Shown here: positions 37,171 to 46,530 of the stretch, piece by piece
How positions within the stretch are numbered: position 1 is the first letter of the stretch
Layout: every line of letters begins with the position of its first letter
Source of the DNA: Bifidobacterium breve
GTDB lineage: Bacteria > Actinomycetota > Acidimicrobiia > Acidimicrobiales > Microtrichaceae
NCBI GenBank assembly: GCA_945901935.1
Contig: CAMDLX010000001.1
Coordinates: 8,632-72,631 of the forward strand
Length of the DNA stretch: 64,000 bases
Direction of reading: 5' to 3'
Program-made: the position numbers and the translations under genes
Notes under the pieces: model-generated
The model's input: only the letters and a program-made list of their open reading frames with translations
What the model was told of the DNA's origin: nothing
The model's database searches: none

Positions 37171-39190
37171 TCACCCTCCCGAAGAGGGTTCGGCTTTGTT
37201 CTGGAGCCACCAGTCGCGGTAGATGCTGTAGATCTCGTCGCTCAGGCCATTGGCATACAACTCGGTAGTTTCTTCCACCTTGATGTGAAGGCCATCGGCT
37301 CTCAGTTTGGGGTCAGCCAATCGATCAGGCCCAAGAAACTCAGGTAGGTCCAGAACTCTCACCGTGGCCGGCCGGGACGCTGCAACCTCACGCATGAGTT
37401 CATGTAACCGACGCATGCGCGCTGGGTCAGCCTGCTTCTGCTGGGCCTCAGACTTCCCCTCTAGAGCCCATTGCCCGTACTCAGGCCAGAGCACTAGCAA
37501 CACCATTGCCCCTTCGGCTGCGAGAACGTCTACTGCCGTTGTGAGTTCAGTTCGCACAAACTCGTCGACGGCTGGATCCCCGAGTGATGACCAAGTTGTG
37601 GAACCAGGCAGGCGGACATCTGGCACCTCCCAAGCGCCCGTAATCAGCTGCGCAATATCGGGATCATTTGCAGCTACAGCCTGTGACCATGTCTCGGGCC
37701 AAGCGCGGCATCGATCGGCCAAGACAGTGTCTGGCTCAACCCGCAACATATCGAAGCGACTCACACCGCAGCCCAGTTGGACATCTCCACCAATGTCAGA
37801 GACTCGACCAGTGCTTTTGGTGGACGCAGCATCGGCAGTTGCCAGGCCCATGACCATCAGCAGCGCAGTTGAATCACCGAAGGTATCTACGGTTGCTACT
37901 GCTGGAGGCTGAGGAATTTCCGCTGGAGGCTGAGTGGTAGTTGATCGAGAAGCTGTGGCCGCAGCACGAGCATTGAATTCATCTAGGGCGGACTCAAAGT
38001 CTGTACTCCTAGCTGCTTCGTCGATTGGCCAAGGGATGAGCGCCAAGAGCGCAACCACAACCATTGCAGAACCTGCGACTCGCACTGCCCAGTCCCGACT
38101 CGGCCAGTGTTGCAAACGCACCGGTTGTTCGAGGAACCGGAATGAAATCTCGGCCACAGCCAACGAGCAGCTAATTGCGAGTACTGCCTGCGGGAGCCGA
38201 CCCCAGCTGGGCAATTCCTGCCGAACCACCAGAAAGATTGGCCAATGCGCCAAATAGATGCCATAGGAACGAAGGCCCAGCCAGCGCAACCAACCCATCG
38301 AGAACGCCGCACGAAGCGGGGACCGAGGCAAGGCGAGCGAGGCAATCACCACACAACTCATCAACCCGTAGAGAGCAAACCCTCCCCGATACAACCATGC
38401 ACTTGCCTGTGGAAGCGTCCACCACCAGTAGATCTGCAGAGACAGCAATGCGGCACCAAATACACCCAGGCCCACCCTCCAGTACGCAACCAGAGCTAGC
38501 TTGCGACGAACCGGCTCCCGGGAGAGAACCACTGCCAGAACCCCACCAAGCAGCAATTCGGCAGCGCGAGTATCGGTGCCAAAGTAGATCCGATCCTTGG
38601 ACATCGTAAATATCCAGGGCAGCGCAGCGGAGCAGAGCGCCAGAGCAGCGAGCGTCAGTCCAATGACGCGAAGCCGCGCTTTACTGACCCGCCAGAGAAC
38701 GACCAACAGCACAGGAAAAACCAAATAGAACTGCTCTTCAATCGCGAGGCTCCAAAAATGAAGCACGGGCGAAGGGGCAACAAATAGATCGCCATATGAG
38801 GCACCCTGAAAAATGAAGTGCCAGTTGGCCACATTGAACACCGATGCGATGATGTCTCCCTGCATGGTTGCTCGTTGATCTGCCGTAGCCACGAGCCAAG
38901 CAAAGAGAGTTGCCACTAGGGCCAGGGTGGCCAGCGATGCCGGCTAGAGCCTGCGGAATCGTCTGCCCCAAAATGCTCCCAAGGCAACACTTCCGTTGCG
39001 TGCCGACTCGTTAATCAAAAGTGTCATGATCAAAAATCCGGAGAGAGTGAAAAAGGTCGAAACCCCCTAGGTACCCGCCGATCATCACCTTAAATTCGGC
39101 GTGATACAGAACGACTGCAGCCACCGCCAAACCGCTCAGCCCATCGAGGGCCGGCACGGCCGGCAGGCGCGGGCCATCCGGGCCAGCCAT
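37171..39190 (-). pseudogene. Disrupted OatA/OafA-like acyltransferase-3 + SGNH gene
   Basis: PALDGL.GLAV..V..YH...GGYLG, then a +1 frameshift in the G5 run (39063-39067); VSTFFTLSGFLI...FWGRRFRRL, then in-frame TAG (38944-38946); then HFWSLAIEEQFY, GDS and DGLH. Confidence 0.85.
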
Positions 39191-39364
39191 CAGGATGAAA
39201 TCTCGCGTATCTGATCTTGTCGAGTGCATGTGTGTAAAAACTGCGGTGCAGAGAGTCCCTACTTTCGCGCATGAAACGCCGCAGACCACTGTTCACACTG
39301 GCCAAGCATTCAGAATTCTCAGCAGGGGTTGGACCGAGGCAGAAGTTCCTCCTACGGTTCGGAC

Positions 39365-40108
39365 ATGACTGATACTCCAGCAGCACCCACTCAGGCGGAG
39401 CACACTTCTGACTCAGTGACCTATTCCCTAGTCGAGCAAACCGCGATCATCACTGTGGATGACGGCAAAGCCAATGCACTTTCCCATGACACCCTCGGCG
39501 GGATTGAGTTGGCCTTGGACCGTGTCGAGTCTGATGGCGCACTCGCAGTTGTCATTGCCGGACGGGATGGGAAATTCTCTGCGGGCTTTGATCTTGCAGT
39601 CATGACTAGTGGGCCTGAGCAAGCTCGAGAGTTGCTTGGTCGAGGTGCCGAGCTTGGGATTCGGATCTTTGAATTCTCACGACCTGTTGTGCTTGCGGTC
39701 ACAGGCCATGCGTTGGCAATGGGCGGGATTTTGCTGTGCTGCGCGGATATCCGAATCGGCGCCGAGGGCCCCTACAAACTTGGGCTGAATGAGGTCCGCA
39801 TCGGAATGCCTGTTCCAGCTTTCGCTGCCGAGGTGTGCCGCGATCGCCTCTCTCCTCGGTTCTTTACCCAAGCTATTCAACTTGCCCATGTGCACTCACC
39901 CCAAGAAGCCCTGCAGGCTGGGTTCTTGGATGAGGTAGTAGCTCCCGAGCATGTAGTGGCTCGAGCAACACAAGTTGCCACGCAGCTAGGAGAAACGCTC
40001 CATGCTGGGCCGTTCCGAATGACTCGAACAACCTTGCGCGCTGCGCTGGCTCAGCAACTCCGAGAGGTACTTGCAGAGGACCTCTTAATATTTACAGTTG
40101 AGCAGTAA
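39365..40108 (+). CDS. Crotonase / enoyl-CoA hydratase family protein
   Basis: DDGKANAL, FSAGFDL, GHALAMG, GLNEVRIG. Confidence 0.9.
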   Translation: MTDTPAAPTQAEHTSDSVTYSLVEQTAIITVDDGKANALSHDTLGGIELALDRVESDGALAVVIAGRDGKFSAGFDLAVMTSGPEQARELLGRGAELGIRIFEFSRPVVLAVTGHALAMGGILLCCADIRIGAEGPYKLGLNEVRIGMPVPAFAAEVCRDRLSPRFFTQAIQLAHVHSPQEALQAGFLDEVVAPEHVVARATQVATQLGETLHAGPFRMTRTTLRAALAQQLREVLAEDLLIFTVEQ

Positions 40109-40117
40109 ACCGCTGGG

Positions 40118-42310
40118 TCAGTAACCCAGTTCATCACTTGGAGTAGAGACACAGGCTTGCTCAGCGCAGACATTGGTGACTTTGCCCTTGGGTTGGAAGA
40201 AGGCCAACTTCTGCTTCATTACTGCTGGCTGCCGACGAGGATCCTCATGCGGGTCTGCGCACAAAGCGGAATCGGCGTTTCCGGCGTTCTCACCGCTGCA
40301 CTCGGCAATCCAGCGCTCGCTCATGATGGGTGTGATGTTGCCGCTCGGCGGGGCCATTGTTCCTGAATCCCAAAACACGAGGGCTGAACCCTCATACGGG
40401 AACTTGCGGATGCCAGGAAGATTCCAGAACCAGAACGGCTGAATTCCGAGCGGAGCAGAGGTTGCGGAAAGCGTTGGCTTATAGATCGGCATCTTCAGGG
40501 TGCGAGCGATGTTCTGTGCAGTAATCGGTGCTACCTGATGATCACCGAACGCCACGTCGATGATCACTGCATGGGCGGGCGTGCGCTCATAAGCACGATC
40601 AGTCAGGTGCTGCACATAGCCGCTGGTCTCACCACGATCCCAGAGCATCTGGATCAGGCCAAAGGTCAGTTGCTGATCCAATGCGTTGGGGTACGCATCA
40701 CGCAAAATTGAAGCGAATTGATCAAAGTCAACGCTGCGCTGAAGAAGCGTCGAGTAGTTCATACCGGTAACCCCGAGCACGGCATTGGTCCAGTCTTGGG
40801 CCACGGCGGTTACGGCTCCGCCCATGATTCCGCCCTCGCTGTTGCCGTCGAAGTAGGCCGATTCGGTGTTGATCATGTTGGCACCAGAACTGGTTTGAAA
40901 CTCAGGGGCATTCCCGAGGCCATCAAGGTGAATCATCAACCGCCCGAGATACAACGTGTTGAGCATGCTCTGTTGCAGACGATCAGGAATTGAGGGGAAC
41001 AGGTTGATATCGGAAAGAGCCTGCGATGCAAAACCAATATCGTCAGCAGCTAGGCCAATCCAACTGGTCGCGCAGTACAAGGAGTTGTTTGCCGCAGCAG
41101 TTCGTTGCACCGAAGTTGATGCAGCCTCGTCTGAGGATCCAAGAAGACCGTGGCCATAGACAACTGGCACGGCCTCACCATTTGCAACTGCCGCCTCGGG
41201 CACCGTGCAAGTGAATTCGGCTGTGTAGGTTGCGTCCGAGACTGGATCGCCGTTGAGTGGGCTGTAGGTCATGCGGCTGCCCGGTGCGCCGCCGTTGTCA
41301 AGGTAGAGCGGCACTTCAAAAGTGCCGGTCACGACTTTGGCGACACCCTTTTGCAGGAATGTCGTTCGGGTTCCGGTCACTGCAAATGTGGGTGACTGGC
41401 CATTCAATTGACCAAACGCATCGTCACGCATGGAGAGCATGCGGCCTGCCAGAGTGTCGGCCGAGGCAACGGTGAAGTACCAGGTCAGATATAGGTCGGC
41501 TCGGTTGATTCCTACCGCGGCTTCTTCAGCAAAGATTGCTTCAAACTCGTTACGACGTTCCTCGATGACCGGATTTGATGTGGGGTTGTTATCTCGCAAC
41601 ACCCGAAACCCGATAGGAGCTGGCAACGTTTGACCGTCAGTACCTTTGATATTGCGCAGAGCCACAGCAAAGCGGTGAGTCTCGATGAGCGAGGTAGCGG
41701 GCCGAAGGATCAGCGCCCGGTCAATATCATTTTCGGCCCGAAGGTCCATCTCCGCCCAGTGCGGTACCAGTTGGCCGCTATCAAGATCCACGATAACGGT
41801 GGCCGAGTCGGCCGTGGTCGAGAAGCCAATATTTGTCTCTACAGGTAGGGCAGTTTTGGAGGGGTCGATTCCTGGGATGTGAACCAGAATTGGGGTCGAG
41901 GGGCTGAACCCGTCGTTCCGGTTCCACTCTGTTGGATCTAGGGCCTGGCCATCTACGTTTTCGAGTAGGCCATCAGGAATGTTCACCCGCCGGCCAGTGC
42001 CCGTCGCGATGTCCTCAACCGTGTAAGCGTCGCTTGGGAACGGCAGCAGGCAGGAGCGAGTCGTGAGCACCTCACAGCCGGGTGGGGTCCCTTCAAGGGC
42101 TGCCTGCAACTCCGCATCACCCACAGGATCAAGTCCGATGGGCTCGGGCGCATCCCCCGTAGCCGAACTCAGCGGAGTCTCGGCTGCAGCGGGGTTTCCC
42201 TTTGCGATATCGCCCGTAAAGGCGGGCTTAGAAGCCTCTTGTGTGCTGCATCCAAATGCCACAAGGGCAGTTACAACTAACAGCAAGGGCAAACGAAGAC
42301 GAGCGTTCAC
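40118..42310 (-). CDS. Secreted lipoprotein with alpha/beta-hydrolase domain
   Basis: Lipobox-like LVAFGC; CLLPFPSD, NDGFSP, VVYGHGLLG, GNSEGG nucleophile elbow. Confidence 0.75.
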   Translation of the reverse strand: MNARLRLPLLLVVTALVAFGCSTQEASKPAFTGDIAKGNPAAAETPLSSATGDAPEPIGLDPVGDAELQAALEGTPPGCEVLTTRSCLLPFPSDAYTVEDIATGTGRRVNIPDGLLENVDGQALDPTEWNRNDGFSPSTPILVHIPGIDPSKTALPVETNIGFSTTADSATVIVDLDSGQLVPHWAEMDLRAENDIDRALILRPATSLIETHRFAVALRNIKGTDGQTLPAPIGFRVLRDNNPTSNPVIEERRNEFEAIFAEEAAVGINRADLYLTWYFTVASADTLAGRMLSMRDDAFGQLNGQSPTFAVTGTRTTFLQKGVAKVVTGTFEVPLYLDNGGAPGSRMTYSPLNGDPVSDATYTAEFTCTVPEAAVANGEAVPVVYGHGLLGSSDEAASTSVQRTAAANNSLYCATSWIGLAADDIGFASQALSDINLFPSIPDRLQQSMLNTLYLGRLMIHLDGLGNAPEFQTSSGANMINTESAYFDGNSEGGIMGGAVTAVAQDWTNAVLGVTGMNYSTLLQRSVDFDQFASILRDAYPNALDQQLTFGLIQMLWDRGETSGYVQHLTDRAYERTPAHAVIIDVAFGDHQVAPITAQNIARTLKMPIYKPTLSATSAPLGIQPFWFWNLPGIRKFPYEGSALVFWDSGTMAPPSGNITPIMSERWIAECSGENAGNADSALCADPHEDPRRQPAVMKQKLAFFQPKGKVTNVCAEQACVSTPSDELGY

Positions 42311-42419
42311 GGCATTCCTCTATCTCGGCCATTCATGACAGCGTGACCATAGTCGGGGCGACAGCGGTGCAGGAAAACCGTCAGCAAATGATTCAGTGGA
42401 TCTGTTCCGAACATGGTGT

Positions 42420-43445
42420 CTATCTGCCACAAATCGGCCATGGACGTGTGCCCCTCAAACGAAGCAGCAGGAGGGCTCGGTAGTCTTGTTCCGAGGGGGA
42501 TGCAGCCGCCGGATCGCCTGAGCCACCGACGCCGCGCCAGGTGGTGAAGTCAAACTGGTAGGCCCCGCGGTAGCGACCCGAGGCGCTGACAATGGAGTAG
42601 TTGCCGCGGGATTCGCAACGGCGAATGCGCGCCAAGGTGGCTGATTCCTGTGCCGATGGGTTACCCATGACTGCAAACTCGAAGGCTGGCGGGCCTTGAG
42701 CAGCCTCTGCGGGAGCCGACGCTGGGTCTGCTGGATCAGAAGGTGCCTGCTGTTGCGCGGTTGCGGCTGCTTCCGCTGCGGCGGCTTCGGTCGCAACACG
42801 CTTCGCTGCGGCGGCTTCGGTTGCTAGCTGTTCGCTCTGTGCCGCCGCTACTTCCGCTTCCGCATCGCGTTCAAACCCCGCTGCTTGTATCGCATCGAAC
42901 TGCGCCTCGACTAACTCGCGTGAGGCAGTCTCCAATTCCACGGCGAGCGAGGCACGACCTGGAGCAGCCGCTGCTTTGAGTGCTTCGAAGCGCTGAGCGG
43001 CTTGGTTCGCAGATGATGACTGACCAATCGAAATACTGCTTTGCCAGGAAAGGGCCACAGCTTTTTCTGGGCTGAGCGAGGCACGAAAAATCGCGGACTG
43101 CCCACCATCGATATATGCAGCAACTGCATAGTCGCGTAACTGTTGCCGAGAGGAGACCATCTCGGCAGTCAAAGCTGAGTCCTGCTCGCCAAGTCGAGAT
43201 GCCTCAGCCTGTAACTGAGACACGTTGAGCGACAGTTCTGCCGAGCGAGTGTCGGCCTGCTCGCGCTGAGTCGTGGCGGCTGCCAGAGCAGTCTGCGCAG
43301 CAGCGACCCGTTGCGAGGGCTCAGCAGATGCCGCAGCCACGTTCGTCATGGAACACAACATCACAACCGCTAACGCAGCCGATACAGCACGCGCACAGGA
43401 AACATGCCCGAAGAGTCGATCTGTTGGGGGGGATTGAGGGTTCAT
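42420..43445 (-). CDS. Rpf-like lytic transglycosylase with N-terminal coiled coil
   Basis: Signal peptide, Ala/Gln-rich coiled coil, C-terminal IRRCESRGNY...YRGAYQF...TW...ASPSEQD...PWPICG. Confidence 0.88.
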   Translation of the reverse strand: MNPQSPPTDRLFGHVSCARAVSAALAVVMLCSMTNVAAASAEPSQRVAAAQTALAAATTQREQADTRSAELSLNVSQLQAEASRLGEQDSALTAEMVSSRQQLRDYAVAAYIDGGQSAIFRASLSPEKAVALSWQSSISIGQSSSANQAAQRFEALKAAAAPGRASLAVELETASRELVEAQFDAIQAAGFERDAEAEVAAAQSEQLATEAAAAKRVATEAAAAEAAATAQQQAPSDPADPASAPAEAAQGPPAFEFAVMGNPSAQESATLARIRRCESRGNYSIVSASGRYRGAYQFDFTTWRGVGGSGDPAAASPSEQDYRALLLLRLRGTRPWPICGR

Positions 43446-43483
43446 GGAGTACTCGCCGCGGCTTGCGCCAGTTCGCTTGCTAG

Positions 43484-43840
43484 TCAGTCCTTGGAGGAAC
43501 GTCTGCGGGAGCGGCTCAGAATGATGAGCACTGCTGCAACTGCTAGCGAGGCCCCAGCCACTGCTAGAAGCACTGCACGGTTTGCGGTTCCTTCTTCTGG
43601 TGCAGCAGCCACAGGAACCTCTGAGGCTTGCTGCGGCTTCAGGCCGTTCGGCGCAGCTTCAACTTTCGATGCTGCTTCAACCTTGGGCGTCTCAATTACC
43701 TTCTGCGCAACTTCAACCTTGGGCGCAACTTCAACCTTGGGCGTCTCTTCGTCTGCGCCGACCGAGGCTAGGAGTGCGTCGACGGGTGCAGTCTCGCTTG
43801 TTGAAGCCGCTGGACGCGGACGCTTGGGGTCGTAAGCCAT
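43484..43840 (-). CDS. Small tail-anchored membrane protein (MAYDPKRPRP...; PKVEVA repeats)
   Basis: ATG overlaps the ParA stop (TGATG); basic N-terminus, repetitive linker, single C-terminal TM plus RRRSS. Confidence 0.75.
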   Translation of the reverse strand: MAYDPKRPRPAASTSETAPVDALLASVGADEETPKVEVAPKVEVAQKVIETPKVEAASKVEAAPNGLKPQQASEVPVAAAPEEGTANRAVLLAVAGASLAVAAVLIILSRSRRRSSKD

Positions 43841-44688
43841 CAGATCTCTCCAGGGGTAGCAGCAGTCGCAGGCTGTGCCCAAGGGGATGTAACTCCAGAT
43901 GGCACAACAGCTTCGGGGTCGAGCACCAACGACAAGGCAGTGAACTCGGCGGCGGCCTGAGCTGCGCCGTCTCGGGTCAGTGCCCCAACCGGCTCCGACA
44001 TCGCAGCGGCTTCAGTAACGGCAGCACGCAGCCGCACGGGTGGATCGAGTACCAAGCCCGGGTGAGCTTCGCTGAGCACGCCATACCAGTGGTTCGCGTC
44101 GCGAGTTCGACCAAGACGATTGATCACAATCCCAGCAACTTGAGGCCGGCCCGACCTGCGTTCAGAAATGCGGTTCACGTTGAGCAGGATTTGATCGACT
44201 CCATCAGAACTCCAGGCCGCAGGTTCCGCCACAATCAGAACCCGATCAGCAGCAAAGAGTGCATTCACTGTCAGCAAACCAAGTGACGGCGCGCAATCGA
44301 TCAATACATCGTCATAGAGGTCTACAACCCCCTGAAGCGCTACAGCTAGGCGGTCTTGGGCCCCGATCATGTCGGTAGCAAGCTGTGGCTCACACTTGGC
44401 TAGTTGTGGGGAACTCGGAGCGACGTCAACAGGCGTTGCAAACTCGGGATGAGACCAGCCTGCTCTCTGAATAACCCCGCTGATCGACCCACTTGCATCG
44501 CTGAGCAATGCAGTATCGATTGCTTGGATCACCTCGTAGACGCCAAGGCCAGTGGTTGCATTTGCTTGGGGGTCAAGGTCAACCACAAGGACCCGTCGGC
44601 CACGCGCGGCGTAGGCCGCGGCGAGTCCGAGAGTGACGGTGGTCTTTCCGACACCACCCTTCTGGTTCACCAACGCGGTGATGCTCAT
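43840..44688 (-). CDS. ParA/Soj family ATPase (orphan)
   Basis: NQKGGVGKTT deviant Walker A, VLVVDLDPQANAT, IDCAPSLG; no ParB alongside. Confidence 0.92.
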   Translation of the reverse strand: MSITALVNQKGGVGKTTVTLGLAAAYAARGRRVLVVDLDPQANATTGLGVYEVIQAIDTALLSDASGSISGVIQRAGWSHPEFATPVDVAPSSPQLAKCEPQLATDMIGAQDRLAVALQGVVDLYDDVLIDCAPSLGLLTVNALFAADRVLIVAEPAAWSSDGVDQILLNVNRISERRSGRPQVAGIVINRLGRTRDANHWYGVLSEAHPGLVLDPPVRLRAAVTEAAAMSEPVGALTRDGAAQAAAEFTALSLVLDPEAVVPSGVTSPWAQPATAATPGEI

Positions 44689-44871
44689 TCCATAAAGCTA
44701 CCTAAGTAATCCCGATTGGGTGGCCACGCTTCACATAGGAGCACAGAGTCAGGGCCTCCCGGATGCTCCTCACCGCCCCGAATTCGCTGTCACAGTCACT
44801 ACCTAGTGTCGGTGCACCGCTGCTAAAGCAGTGCCCTTCCCCTGACAACAACGAACAAAAGGAACGGTCCT

Positions 44872-45351
44872 ATGACTGGCTCCGCTCAACCGAATCCACC
44901 AAGCCCTCGCAATACCTTCGGCAAACCCGTGCTTATCTTCCTTCCGGGATGCCCAGACTGCGACCTGACCTGCGATCCCCTCCTCGCTCAACCCAGCGGT
45001 GGAGACACTTATCGAATTCTCGAGGTTCCGTCAGAGTCCGCAACGGTAGGCATTGACGATCTAGTGATCGCCCTCGAATCAGACTCAGTTCTCGAGTTTG
45101 TTGCCGTGATTGAGCGCCGTTGTCTGGCCTCGTTCAGCTTTCACTTGCCGGGATGGATCAATCGCGAGCGCTTTCTCGGCCAACTCGCCGCGACAGGAGT
45201 CGCAAGTAATGAAGTACGACTACGAGTCTTCATGTGTAACGCCTCCTCCCAGGAACAGGTTCACGACTTATGCGACCTACTCAATGAGTTCCGCGTCAGC
45301 GCTCGACTCTGCGATCACGTCACTCAACACTGGCACGCCTTGTCGGCCTAA
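44872..45351 (+). CDS. Hypothetical protein (CPDC motif)
   Basis: ORF with AAGGA RBS upstream; function not recognised. Confidence 0.55.
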   Translation: MTGSAQPNPPSPRNTFGKPVLIFLPGCPDCDLTCDPLLAQPSGGDTYRILEVPSESATVGIDDLVIALESDSVLEFVAVIERRCLASFSFHLPGWINRERFLGQLAATGVASNEVRLRVFMCNASSQEQVHDLCDLLNEFRVSARLCDHVTQHWHALSA

Positions 45352-45486
45352 CTCGGCGCGCAGGGGTCAGGCCACCCTTGTGATCTCGGGTTCGAAATAG
45401 ATCAGACAGGATGCCTGGCAGCAGCTGCAGCATCATTGAGATGGCTGCCCGTGTGCTCTGCTCTGAGTTAGGCCACACTCACTACT

Positions 45487-46404
45487 GTGCCCGAACTCCC
45501 CGAAGTGGAAACGATCCGCAGACAGCTCGACCCGCTTCTGCGCGACTGCGGCATTGTGCAAGCTTGGGCGTTTGACTCACCCAAGTTCACCCAAGCTCAT
45601 GGTGCAGTCGGGTCGCGACTTGATGGAGTGAGGCGCCGAGGCAAGTACCTGCTGATGGACCTTGACTCCCCTGCTGGAAAGCGCGAACTGATTGTTCACC
45701 TCGGCATGACTGGCCGACTCTCGGTCTCTTCAAACGCCCATCAAAGAACTGGCCAGAATCAAAATACCGACCAAGATCAAAATACGCGGGCCGTAGATCC
45801 TCTGAACAGTTGGGCGGAATCCGCTGAAGTTGCCGATGGTGACAGTTCATCGCTCCGCCATCTTCGGGCCGTCTGGACTCTGGATGACGGACGCTGCTTG
45901 TACTTCGATGATGTTCGGCGATTCGGTCGGATCGCAGTCGTTGCAGCTGCCGAGCACAACTCACTTGCCACGCTTGCGGCTCTTGGACCGGAACCATTCG
46001 ATGAGTCCTTCACTCCCGAGTATCTCCGTGCGCAGATCAACTCGAGCAAACGCTGTATCAAAACGCAGTTGTTGGCTCAAAGGGTTGTGGCCGGCTTGGG
46101 AAATATTTATGTGGACGAGGCGTTGTGGAGGTCACAGGTGCACCCCTCAGCTAAGAGACTCACTGTCAAGCAGTCAAAAAGGCTCCGGGATGATATTCGC
46201 AATGTCCTCAGCGCTGCGATCAACAACGGGGGAACCACACTGCGCAATTACAGAGATGCTGCCGGTGCATCAGGTAGCAATCAGCGATACTTAGATTGCT
46301 ATGGCAGGGCAGGTCAGGACTGCCTCCGTTGCGGATCGACTCTGAGGCGGATCGTGATAGACGCCCGCGCCACGGTGTATTGCCCGAGCTGTCAGAAACG
46401 ATAG
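45487..46404 (+). CDS. mutM: Formamidopyrimidine-DNA glycosylase Fpg
   Basis: PELPEVE, RRGKYL, HLGMTG, DVRRFG, GLGNIYVDE, C-terminal C4 zinc finger. Confidence 0.96.
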   Translation: MPELPEVETIRRQLDPLLRDCGIVQAWAFDSPKFTQAHGAVGSRLDGVRRRGKYLLMDLDSPAGKRELIVHLGMTGRLSVSSNAHQRTGQNQNTDQDQNTRAVDPLNSWAESAEVADGDSSSLRHLRAVWTLDDGRCLYFDDVRRFGRIAVVAAAEHNSLATLAALGPEPFDESFTPEYLRAQINSSKRCIKTQLLAQRVVAGLGNIYVDEALWRSQVHPSAKRLTVKQSKRLRDDIRNVLSAAINNGGTTLRNYRDAAGASGSNQRYLDCYGRAGQDCLRCGSTLRRIVIDARATVYCPSCQKR

Positions 46405-46530
46405 CGAGGCCGGCTACGGATTCACTCCTGAAGCGATTCCTCAGGGCGCGATCCGACGTATTGCGATACCCCTGCTAGTGTTTCAGTTTCGTTACGAAAT
46501 GAAGTCGATCCACGAGGTCTGTTCTCCGCT

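Noticed and set aside
38944-38946. In-frame TAG as pyrrolysine or programmed readthrough
   Set aside because: The same gene also has a frameshift, and other genes use TAG as a normal stop; decay is simpler.
39263-39276. TTTCGCGCATGAAA as parS
   Set aside because: Spacing and core do not match TGTTTCACGTGAAACA.
46405-46530. c-di-AMP riboswitch upstream of the wall hydrolase
   Set aside because: The conserved ydaO elements were not recognisable and the region is short.
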